The position numbers were made by a program, and so were the translations under genes. Shown one piece after another: positions 1 through 11,500 of a stretch of DNA of 64,000 nucleotides. The notes beneath the pieces were generated by a model. It saw only the letters and a list, made by a program, of their open reading frames with translations, did no database searches and was not told where the DNA came from. This stretch comes from Neoechinorhynchus agilis (taxonomy: Eukaryota; Animalia; Acanthocephala). The number at the start of each line of letters is the position of its first letter. Within the stretch, counting starts at the first letter, position 1. The stretch covers positions 10,927,480 to 10,991,479 of the forward strand of contig CM121342.1 of the NCBI GenBank assembly GCA_051530055.1, in the 5' to 3' direction.

Positions 1-559
1 TAACGTCTTATGTGATGCTAGCGCGGCTGCGAAATCAAAATGATCAAAAGTATCGATTTTATCGGGATAATTTGAGTTTCCTATTATCCCCAGAGTAAAT
101 ATTATCGAATTTCTCGCATTTACCACAAATTTCGGTCAAACGAAATCTCACTTTCTGCTGGGAAATCGCTTCATTCGAGAATATTTATAACAATGATTTG
201 GATTTTTTCTTTAATATACAAAGGTATTTCGGTTGGATGGTGGTGAAGAACTGAGAAGGAACGAATTATCGGTCCCTCGAAGAAGATCGAGAGAAGATTA
301 AGGTCAGCCAAGATGACGAATTGTCTGAAATAACAAGAAGGTTCACAGAAGTTAAGACGGGAAATGACCAAGGCGGGGAAAACAAGAGCAAAAGGGAACA
401 AGAGCAAAAGGAGGAACTCCATCAAAATCAACCAACCCTTCGATTCATCTCGGTAATGATACGCCTTCTCCACCCGGCCATCATCCCTCGTTGCTCTGAA
501 TTCAACCCAACGTATCGTGCAATCCTCCATCGAGGATAAAAATCGCACCATATTTATTT

Positions 560-1050
560 CTGATATGTCTGCCACCAAATTCTTCGTATCGGTCAACTTC
601 TTTTTCCCCGAGAATTCTGGGTATCCAATTTCAATCAAATTTGAAGTGGGACTCGCACATCAATCTCTGCCTCAAGCACAACACTTTAAAATTTATTTCC
701 TCGAACGCCTCCGACATTTAGGAATCGCTTCACCCGACCTCTACAAATTTTACTTCTGCTTTATCTTACCATCAATCCGCCGTCTTGAAATGTTTCATAA
801 AAGTGCATCTAAAATTTGCACATCTGACTTTCCCCTGGTGACCAAATGCCTTGATGCTATTTTCATAAAACAAACAAAACGCCTCTCAAGCCTATCACCA
901 CAATTTCTTTCACATATCGCTCCCTTTTCACACGAGCACAACACTCGTAATCCTAATTCGTTTCATCCTCTCTCGACATCGCACCTCCCTATACCTATGC
1001 TCCTTTTTCCATGCTGCCCAATGTTCTCGGATATCCTGACCTGAAATGAT
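560..1050 (+). mobile_element. 3' fragment of a CR1/L2-like LINE (post-RT region), frameshifted
   Basis: Reads PRILGIQFQSNLKWDSHI (from 607) then LERLRHLGIASPDLYKFYFCFILP. This parallels RILGLILQENLKWDAHI...LRRLGVSPKHLAHFYLSAILP in the RT ORF at 57.2-57.4 kb(-) and RILGLQFQTNLKWDPHI at 60.26 kb(+). Confidence 0.8.
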
Positions 1051-1494
1051 TCTGAGGAAAGAACAACCTTACAAGCGCTCCTGCAGACAATATCCGCCAG
1101 TTCCCACAAGAACGGACCTTCCAACCCATCCGAATATTCTCAAACGAATGGGCACATCCTCACATTAACGAACCGTCCGCATCTGGATAGTTCCTACCCG
1201 AATAGACATCCCTCCGACCAGATATTACCTACCGAACGGACATCCCTCGACTGCATATTCCCATATTAATGGACGAGGGCCCAAATGTACATGGGTACTC
1301 CCAACCTTTTGTATTTTTAACCACCCACCTTCCTAACCTGATTAGATATTTCCCCGCCCGACCGGACCTGTTATAGACTCCAAAATCAACTGCCACATTC
1401 ATTTAAAAAATCAGTGGACCCAAAGGTACATGGGTTCTATTCTTTTGGCTTTAATAAAACGTGTTATTATTATATATACTTGACTTGCCATTGT

Positions 1495-2990
1495 ATGAAG
1501 ATGGAAATCGGATTGGATACTAAATAGTAAGAAAATAGAGTGAAGAACTAATAAAAGGATATGAAATTTGTAAGGTATGCTTTCTAAATAAAATAACAGC
1601 TTTTAAAGTCATTCAGTAGACTAATGACTGTAAAAGATAGAGAGAAGATTATGATGAGCCAGGATAAAGAATTGTCTGAAATAACAAGAAGAAGGTTTAT
1701 AGAAGTTAAGACGGGAAATGACCAAGGAGGGGATCTGGTGATGTTTGATCCATTCAAAACTCTACTTGGCTTGTCATTTAATGAAGATGGAAATCGGACA
1801 GGATACTAAATAGTAAGAAAATAGACTGAAGAACTAATAAAAGGATATGAAATTTGTAAGGTATGCTTTCTAAATAAAATAATTTTAAAGTCATTCAGTA
1901 GACTAATGACTGTAAAAGATAGAGAGAAGATTATGATGAGCCAGGATAAAGAATTGTCTGAAATAACAAGAAGGTTTATAGAAGTTAAGACGGGAAATGA
2001 CCAAGGAGGGGATCAGGTGATGTTTGATCCATTCAAAACTCTACTTGGCTTGTCATTTAATAAAGATGGAAATCGGATTGGATACTAAATAGTAAGAAAA
2101 TAGACTGAAGAACTAATAAAAGGATATAAATTTGTAAGGTATGCTTTCTAAATAAAATAACAGCTTTTAAAGTCATTCAGTAGACTAATGACTGTAAAAG
2201 ATAGAGAGAAGATTATGATGAGCCAGGATAAAGAATTGTCTGAAATAACAAGAAGGTTTATAGAAGTTAAGACGGGAAATGACCAAGGAGGGGATCAGGT
2301 GATGTTTGATCCATTCAAAACTCTACTTGGCTTGTCATTTAATGAAGATGGAAATCGGATTGGATACTAAATAGTAAGAAAATAGACTGAAGAACTAATA
2401 AAAGGATATGAAATTTGTAAGGTATGCTTTCTAAATAAAATAACAGCTTTTAAAGTCATTCAGTAGACTAATGACTGTAAAAGATAGAGAGAAGATTATG
2501 ATGAGCCAGGATAAAGAATTGTCTGAAATAACAAGAAGAAGGTTTATAGAAGTTAAGACGGGAAATGACCAAGGAGGGGATCAGGTGATGTTTGATCCAT
2601 TCAAAACTCTACTTGGCTTGTCATTTAATGAAGATGGAAATCGGACAGGATACTAAATAGTAAGAAAATAGACTGAAGAACTAATAAAAGGATATGAAAT
2701 TTGTAAGGTATGCTTTCTAAATAAAATAACAGCTTTTAAAGTCATTCAGTAGACTAATGACTGTAAAAGATAGAGAGAAGATTATGATGAGCCAGGATAA
2801 AGAATTGTCTGAAATAACAAGAAGAAGGTTTATAGAAGTTAAGACGGGAAATGACCAAGGAGGGGATCAGGTGATGTTTGATCCATTCAAAACTCTACTT
2901 GGCTTGTCATTTAATGAAGATGGAAATCGGATTGGATACTAAATAGTAAGAAAATTGACTGAAGAACTAATAAAAGGATATGAAATTTGT
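1495..2990. repeat. Tandem repeat, 283-bp canonical unit, about 5.3 near-identical copies
   Basis: The same ATGACTGTAAAAGATAGAG motif starts at 1624, 1906, 2188, 2471 and 2757 (spacings 282, 282, 283, 286). Units differ by an AGA insertion, a CAGC deletion, a 1-nt deletion and a few substitutions. Confidence 0.97.
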
Positions 2991-3170
2991 TTTGAATGCA
3001 ATGGAGTCTACGAAACTCGTTCGCAGGTAAGGGATCTTCCTGCGGTTCATTTTGTGTCCATAAGGCACACTCTATTCTGATTCCGTTTCTTTCAAATTCC
3101 CTGTCCATAATACGGTGCAATGGATTTATTATGATTTTAGTTAAAACTACCATTTGTTTTTCGAAGGATT

Positions 3171-4570
3171 TTAAATCATCATTCCGTTTTGCTGGTATAT
3201 ATTATAAGGAGAGTGTTTGGTTCGACGGTCGGTAAATGATCGCGGGGTAGGGAAGCTACGGAAATTACCTGGACGAATGGAAAATCCTTGACGAAAAATG
3301 GGTGCTCTTGATGGTTGTGGTCCACATGGAGGCACTAATGAATGAGCGGGTATCTCGGATTTGCCAACGTACAATCGCCTACTTTCCACACCTTTGCCAG
3401 TAGAAGCACAATTGGTGTATCGTTCATCGATAAGCAGAACCTGCGGTTGTTCAACGAGTCCTTCATTGACCAATCTGGAAGACATACTCCTGCTCCTTGG
3501 ATATATTCGAAAACTTTGTAATCTTTTTGTATATCTTTCTGGCATGTCCTCACGGTCATCAATGTATGTACTGAACCTGTTTCGTTGATTGTAATTCATT
3601 CTTTTACTTCTCTGAATCGGCGAATCCATTATACCTGGACTAACGTTCTGAAACTTTTTAAACACTTTTGGCTTTGTCACAAATGGAAAGGACTGTGTAC
3701 CATATCTCGAATTCATTTCCACGAATTTTTGTTTCGTTTTCTTCGTCTTTACATTAATAGGACTGACTCTAGAATTGGGCTGAATATTCACACGTGGCGC
3801 TTGGTTTCGGAAAGTGTATTCAGCATCCATTGAATCCTCAGTGTCCGGAGTACGTCGATGAATTTTAAACAGCCAAGAAAAAGGAAGTTTATTGATGTAA
3901 TTTGAAGAAATAAAAAATTATTGGGTGATTTAGTACGGTTTTTTTGTAGCGATGAACATTATCGCGAAGATCGTATCTGAGTTTTTTTTGAAAGACCTAC
4001 ACTTTTTTGATGATATCGTCGATCACTTAAAATTCATCGACCCACATTCTCGTATGTCCGGTCTCTCTTTTTGAACAGGTTCCTCTGGTTCTTCTACGAC
4101 GACGAATTCTCTATGATCGGTTTTCTTTTTCCGATTGGACATCATCAGATTCTCTATGTCCTTTAAAAAACTCTCGAGTTCCTCTTCGTCTTTAAAATCC
4201 TGCTGAACAGTAACTCGTTGTTCTCGTCCATTTAGGCCTTGTCGTGTTTGTGTGAATTGAACCTTTTTACACTGAAGCATAAATACAGCAAGAAGGTCAG
4301 GATACTCACAGTGAGTGTCTTTGGATCGGATTTAATGTAATGGCTAAATCGTCGGCTGGAGTGTCGGTTTCGTCGCGACCTCTCTTGACTATTGACTCGA
4401 TGTGATGACTCTTTACCGGTGTAATGCTTCTGGTCCGTAAAATGCGAAGGATAATGTGCCGAAGGATAGTTCTCTGGTTTTCGGGTTGAGCAAGAGGGCA
4501 TCGTTTCCGCCGTTTGCACACTGGGCCACTTTTTAATCAAAACGCAGCCTCCCTATACAAGTACTTGTCA
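3171..4570 (-). CDS. Unidentified multi-exon gene, low-complexity basic/charged protein
   Basis: ORFs 4232-4540, 4023-4280 and 3171-3830. The first two join in frame via a 38-nt GTGAGT...CTTCAG intron (~4274-4311), giving KSDPKTLT|CKKVQF. No recognisable domain; the join to the 3171-3830 exon is unresolved. Confidence 0.4.
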
Positions 4571-4736
4571 CGCTTCAATGTGGGAGACGGTAGGAAGCTT
4601 CCTATAATAAAAATGGCGTGAAAATTCGTCCATCAACTCAATGACTGTTGTCTGACCTTTTTCTTGTAGTCGGTGCACTGCAAAAAGTGACTCAAACCAC
4701 TAACGAAGCTGCTGAAATGTCGCTTATTGCACTGTG

Positions 4737-5182
4737 CAAACGGCTGAGTTTCCAGGACGGGGTCGAAGGTGTGTTTCGTTTAGAAAGAAGGATAACAGTA
4801 AAAAAGTGATGGTTAAATGTAGGGTCCTTTTGTTTTTAATTTCCATCAAGTCATGGCTTACATCGAACCACGAAGACCAAATCATTTAAATTTTTCTGAG
4901 CATTGCAGATTTTTTTAGAATTGTGAAGATACTCCCGGTTAACACGTATTTTATTGCTAAGAAATATTTCGAAAGCGCTTGGCAAATTGCTGAGTTTCCA
5001 GGATGGAGATCGAAGGTGTGATTCGTTTAGAAAAACAATAACAGTAAAAAAGTGATGGTTAAATGCTGGATGTATTTGCTTATAATTCCCATCGAGATAA
5101 CGGCTAACATTTCATTACGGAGACCAAATCATTTAGATTGGTCTGAGTTTTTTAGAATTGTGGTGAAGATACTTCCCGTTAA
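4737..5182. repeat. Diverged tandem duplication of about 200 bp (4737-4942 and 4982-5182)
   Basis: Shared blocks GCTGAGTTTCCAGGA, TCGAAGGTGTG, ATAACAGTAAAAAAGTGATGGTTAAATG, AGACCAAATCATTTA and TTTTTTAGAATTGTG occur in the same order, about 245 bp apart. Confidence 0.85.
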
Positions 5183-5557
5183 TATTTAAATTAATCCAAT
5201 CACAGATCTAGTCGATTAGAATAATTAACAATGACTGATAAGACGAGGCTTTCTCCTTCGAAATATTTCATATCAATAAAATATGTTTTATCCGGGGGAT
5301 TATCATCACCACAATTCTAACCTTATCATTCCGAAGGATCTTCTATATATCATTTTTTGTTTTCAGTACTTTAAATTTTCTCATTTTGTCCGTTACTCCT
5401 GCACTGATCAAATGCCATTTAAACTAAAAATGTTCCCATTAGTAAGGCATGACGGAAAAAAGCGCAATCACTCATGGCATAGCCAAAAAGCTCCAAACTC
5501 ATGCGCAACGGATTTAAACATTCTTGTTAATGTTCTAGATTCTCACTATGGACACAG

Positions 5558-8500
5558 TCAATCGTTTTGGACCTGAAGCTGGTCAACTGCGGTTTGTCTC
5601 AGAACTCTTCGTTGATACTTAGTCTTTGTTCGCTAAATGAACCGAAACTAAACAATTTTAGGGTATTAGGGTATTTACAAAAACCTGAGAAAGTGAATCC
5701 AATGATTTTTCGTGGTTAGAAGGACAGCTACTAAGACCGGTCAGTCGTTTAATGGATTCGGATCTAGTCGTGGTCTTTGAGAAAATGAACAGTGTAGCGA
5801 ATGCGAGTTTTATGTTACTCGTTGTTCTCAATCGAACATGTCGATATCCTATAAGGAAAAAGGGATTTCAAGGAGAACGCATTTGCTGCAGTTATGGTTC
5901 TAACCTGTCTTTAGACATCGCAAAAGAATAACGCGTTGAGCGCAGACATGATTGCTGCTTGTTTCTACAACTTGAAAGCGAATAAAACACAAATCAGGCA
6001 CTGATATGCGATAGTAGAACTCTTCTTGCCAAATTGGATTCAAGGAGTTTCTGTTGCTACTTTTCGTCTTCTTGACAGTGCAATCAATCGGTACGCCAGA
6101 AATGTCCACCTCTACATGAACACTGGCGTCGTATTGTGCTCCCTGAGTCAAGTATTGTCCGGAGATTATCTGAGACGGTTTTAGTTTAAGAAAACCCAAT
6201 TATCACCAATTCGACAACCTTTAGCTTGAATTCTGACGAGGAAAAATGGTGTTCGCTCATGTTCGGATTGACTTTCCGGTACAAAGCATGTTTACCATCC
6301 CACATAAACGGCGGTTTAAGAACGTATCCACAACTCCCATTTTGTTCAAACATCGCAACGTTAATAAGCTGACCAAAGTCGTACGTCTGGTAATTTGTGG
6401 CTGCCAGTTGGATTCCACATGACCAAAAATGAATCGGATTATAGTTAGAAGACTCTATTCTGTATCCACTCGGATAACTACGGATCAATTGCGTTTGTGT
6501 ATGACTGTTCAAATAGCACTCAATCATAATGACTGAACTAAAAGGGAATCGCAACTTACGCGATGACATCCATGGCTTGATTTTTACAAAGTCGCTTGGC
6601 TTTGGTTTCCATCAGGGAGATTATCTGGTGACAAACCGATGATCTTCCAGTTCGAACAAGCTGCTCCACTTGGGCTAAAAAACCTATTCGATGAAAATTC
6701 TAAAGATACGCAGTCCAAAGTTTGTCTTCTAAAAACTAGGCAGCGTAATCCAAGTTCGCGCTACATTGTGCTTCGTTCAATGACACCGATAACTCAAATT
6801 TAAAATTTGATTTTAGTATCACAAAAAAATCAATTGTTTTTGATTAAAATTGATATATTTCACCTTTTTACGCATTCCTACTTCCTAACTTGTGATTTAA
6901 TATCCATAGAACATTTACGTACCCGCATTAATCGCAGGAATCGACCGCCGCGAAGGAGCATTTTGGGAAGTTGAACTTATTGTGGAAGTCGATATATTAA
7001 GGCCTATGCATAAATGACAATGTCTTAATTTGTCGCTCGAAAGGCTAACCTCGAAATTTCACCGACTCGGTATAGACGACGATATCCGACATTTCTTTGG
7101 CTACTACGATCGGCCTTTTCACGGAAAAGCGATTTTCAACTGATTTCCTTCGCTGTCGTTTTCCGTCCTCTGGGTTACTTCCATAACTCTCGTTTTCGCT
7201 TCCAATCGATTCCTTATTCAGGGCCGAAAATTCAGTATCATCGAACTCATCATCATCTTCAAAGTCTTCGTCGATCCCGTTTGTACTGATTGAGTTCTTT
7301 AAAGGAAAACGCGATCATTTTCAAGTTGTTCCAGAGATGAGACATGGACTTACTCTTGTTTCGCTCGTTTGCTCGCTACTTGTTCTTACTTTCTTATTCT
7401 TTATCAGGATTTTGTATTTGAGCATCGAAGGCGATGGAAGTTGAGCGTCTCCAGTAATGTCCGAGTCGAACAGGTATTTGGATACTAGTTTGTCCCCGAG
7501 AACGCTCTTTTAATAGTAAAAAACAATATATACACGCGTTAAGTACCACTACAAACCGAGAATATTTCCGCCATTCTTGTCTGCTGAGGTAGTGAGCATC
7601 GATTTTCAATCGACAGAATTAAAGGATACGGCGATGTTGCAAAAGCTACGTCTCTTATTGCCTCTACGACGGTCTATAAGTTGACAAATTGTAATTGAAA
7701 GTATTATTACGAAAGGACCTTGAATGAGATTTTGCTTGTCAGGGTCCGACCATGGTATATAACCGGCCAACCGTCATCGCCGTCCCAGCAATCCAATTCA
7801 ACGCACCTACAACCACTCAGAAGGATCTGAAAAGTAGTGTGGGTATTCGGGTTCAAGCTAAAGTTGAAACAAAAACCAACTTCTCGATAAACATCGACAG
7901 AAGATTCGCCTTTCAATTGGTGACCGGTGAGGTACGTATTATGGGAAGATGCTATGAAGTAATATGACAATGGGAAATCCATTTCCTATAATAAACGTTT
8001 TAAAGACCATAGACAGCACTGTCGACTAACATACCGTCTCAGCGACTTCAGTAAGTTCATGAGCAAAAGCATAGTTGTCTTTATCAAGAAGCATTCTTGC
8101 AAAACCTTCAAATGACATTTTTGCCTGTTCCCGTAGAGATTTATTTGGTTCATGTCTCTATGTTAAGAATACATAATGGATCCCAAAACCTCGACTAACT
8201 TGGATTAGTTCCAATATCTCAGTGTCCGAATATCGTTCATCCTGATATGTCGATAGAAACTCTTTCAACTGATCCTTGTTTATCAAGTAATTGCATTTGA
8301 TATCAGTACAAATTGCATCGAACGGAATGCAAGAAAGCGCAATCATATCGTAGACTCGTTGAAGCTTTGAATCACATTCGTCCGTCATGCAGTTGCGAGT
8401 TATTAGTGCTGTTAGTTTGAAACAGGGAGTGAAATAAAGAGATAAAGAGATTACGCTGGGGTACATCTTAAAACTATACTACGGTTTCCAAAAATCTCTG

Positions 8501-11500
8501 CCCCCATGAGTCTTCAAACAGTAAAATGTGCGTACCTAGTCGGTTAGCAGGATCACTTGGGACAATTAATCGATTACTTTCGTTCGCTAAATCAACCATT
8601 GGGCAGTCCGCTGCGACTTCTGCAGGGATAGTGGAGAATAAATCCTTAAGATCCAGTCTGCAATTTATATAGAATGTTTGAAAGAGCTGGACGTAGTCGA
8701 GGAAGCTGAGTCGACTCTCCTGTAAAATAATTTTAGAATTGGACATGGCATCTCCAATCACTTTTCGATTGTCCGATGACTGCTTTTCTGGAGCACTTGA
8801 GAATGATGATGATTTTAGTTTGCCACTACTATTATTGTGCTTTCTAGGTATCCGAGACATGAAACTCGTGTGATCGAATGAAGCTGCTCGTTTGTCGCAC
8901 TGTTCTATGTCGGCGTTTGATTCCGAAGCAAAACTGAACGACGATTCCGGACATCGCTCTAACTAAATAATACAGAGATAAATAATTTAACCGGAGTCAG
9001 AACTGGAGCGGATTAGAAATTTAAATAGTTTGTTGGAAATCAAACTGAAAAGTCTCGCCTAAACATACCAAGATCTTATTCCTGAAAGTAGCTCGGCTTT
9101 TTTTTGAATTCATCGTGGACCGGGATCCAGACCAAAGAGATTCCTTGCTTGACATACTTGGATTCTTGTAGAATAAGTGTTTACCTCCGAATCTCTTAAA
9201 AAACAAGAAACGATATCGTCCATGATTTTCGCAAAATTAATCTTACTGTGATTGCGTCCAGAGGTGAAGGTCCACAAGGAAGTTGACTCTCCTCGTCGTT
9301 AGGAAGGGAGAAATGCTCACCGATGAAATATTCTTTAAGCAGCAATATGCGATTATCAAGGCAATTGTAGACCTTGTGAAGTGACCGTAAAAGCTTCTGA
9401 AGTCCTGCTGACCAGACGGCACTCGTGTTCTTTGGAGCATAGAAGTTCAAATGCCAAAAATATGATCGAATGAAGATAGAATTCACATAAACGACTAACC
9501 TTTGTTCACTTACGGTGGATCCGAAACAGATCGTCATTCCGGTAAAATCTACATCAGTACCCATAAACATAAGTTCTGAGTTGACAGTTGGAAGAGCTTC
9601 AGATGGACAAATGTGTTTAACGAAGAATAAATTCAGAAACCCGTCATTTGATCCGATTGAGTAATATTTGAGGTCGCGGTCACAGAAGCGCCGTAGCATC
9701 AATTGCCGGTACTTCTCGTCTGCGAAAAGCAAATCTTGATTTGAAGCCATGGTTTCCTTTTCGTTTCTCCATGACACAGGCGACCAGACAAGGGTTGAGC
9801 CATCGCAAGTGAGCGACAGAGTAACGAACGAGGCGGTCGACGAATCTGGATCGCTTATTAGGAACGTAGAACCATTTTGCATAACCTGTAGAGCTCCCAG
9901 GTCTTGGAAATAGTGAAATGGCACAAAGGAAACGCAGTGCTTCCACCGATACGATTCTATGGGACTGTAGACCGAAGTATTCATGCAATATAGCATGTCT
10001 GGCTCGTGTTTCTTCAGACTCTGGGACTTTGTGGAATAAGTACATTTACCGTCATCACCGATAACGCGAATGGCAATCACATCTTGCTGTTTTCCAAGCT
10101 CGTCACTATTGACACTAATGACGAAAAGTAATTGAACAGGGTGGAATCAATAAGGATTATTTACTAACCTTTCAGCAATCGATAGTTTGCTTTTCCTATG
10201 ACCCCCGCAATCTTCATTTTGATTACAGCATCGCATTACAAGCGTTCGGCGAAGTCGGTCATGACAAAACTCAATATCCTTGAGTACAATTCGGACTAAA
10301 TCCACTTTCCTAATATTGAGTATTCCACCAACTGACACACGAGTGAAGTATTTATGTTGGCCATAAAACGGAGCGATAGCCTTTAAAAATGAATTGTCCA
10401 AAGTGTTTGCAAATAAAGCTCACTCCCACCTCTACAGATTTGTGAGATTCCCCTCGACACGCCAGCGTCAACGAAGGGACATCATGCAGAATATTTCTGA
10501 GGTCTTTAAGGAACATTATGAAGAAAGGGACCACTTTACATTTAGGAATATCCAGAGCTTTACTGAGAGCTAAACTGACTTTTGCACTTCTCTCTGTGGT
10601 GCTGAAGTCGTCGAACAATTTGCTGATTGTTGTGCATTCGGCCGGTACAGAAACCCACAGAAGTTTAAATTGCTCAGTTCTTATTTGCAAATATAATTTT
10701 GGCAGTTATTAGATAATATAATTTTAAAAGCAGAATTACCTGAGAGCCGAAACGATTTCCATTGCGCCATTAAAGTTGCCGATGTTCCAGCATGTGGATG
10801 CGCATTTGAGGAAGGATAGAAGTAGGGCTCGTCTTAGAGCGAAGTTACTTTCTGATAAAATGGTTCGCTTTACGAATCTTGTTACTTTATGATACCGATC
10901 CAAGAGTTCGGTTACTGATCCAGTGGAGTCGGCACCCGTTGTGCTACTAATACTCGAATCTCCGCTGGCACCATTACGCGTCAGTGTTAGAAACCGCAAA
11001 TATTGAAGAGGCTTCACATTCAGAAATATCTTATGTTCAATATTAGTCAATCTTATCGCCATTTCCTCAGGGAACATTAGAAGTGATTTCAGGTCGTCGA
11101 TGTCGCCGTCAATCGATTCATTACCCACATATGTAGGCTGATCGAAAATTTCGAGCCTTGAGTAAAATATGTGGGACATGTCCTTTGACCTTTGGGACGT
11201 GAACTCCTTAATATTAACTATTTCCCATAAATAAGTGGCCATGGATAAGAGAGCGTCGTTCCGGTCCACGAGTAAATGCCAACTGTTCAAATTAAAATCA
11301 AGAATAAGTTCAATTCTTCGCCTGTAGTTTTTATATTTTTCAAAAAACCATTTTCGAAGCTCCGAAACGTTTTGTTCCCGAATAATTGTGTGTTTTTTCC
11401 GGTGCAAAACATATAGTTTATCCGATTTTAGGATTAAAATCCTTGGAATCTTAGCGGTGCTATCAGCGTAAACTAGCTCATGAACGGTGTACGACGTGGC

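Noticed and set aside
171-638. 155-aa minus-strand ORF
   Set aside because: Its start lies antisense to the LINE fragment and it overlaps the repeat-related segment; no motif recognised.
1624-2942. Five 60-61-aa ORFs as a tandem small-gene family
   Set aside because: They are a by-product of the repeat unit, with no recognisable domain or independent support for expression. Reported only as a repeat.
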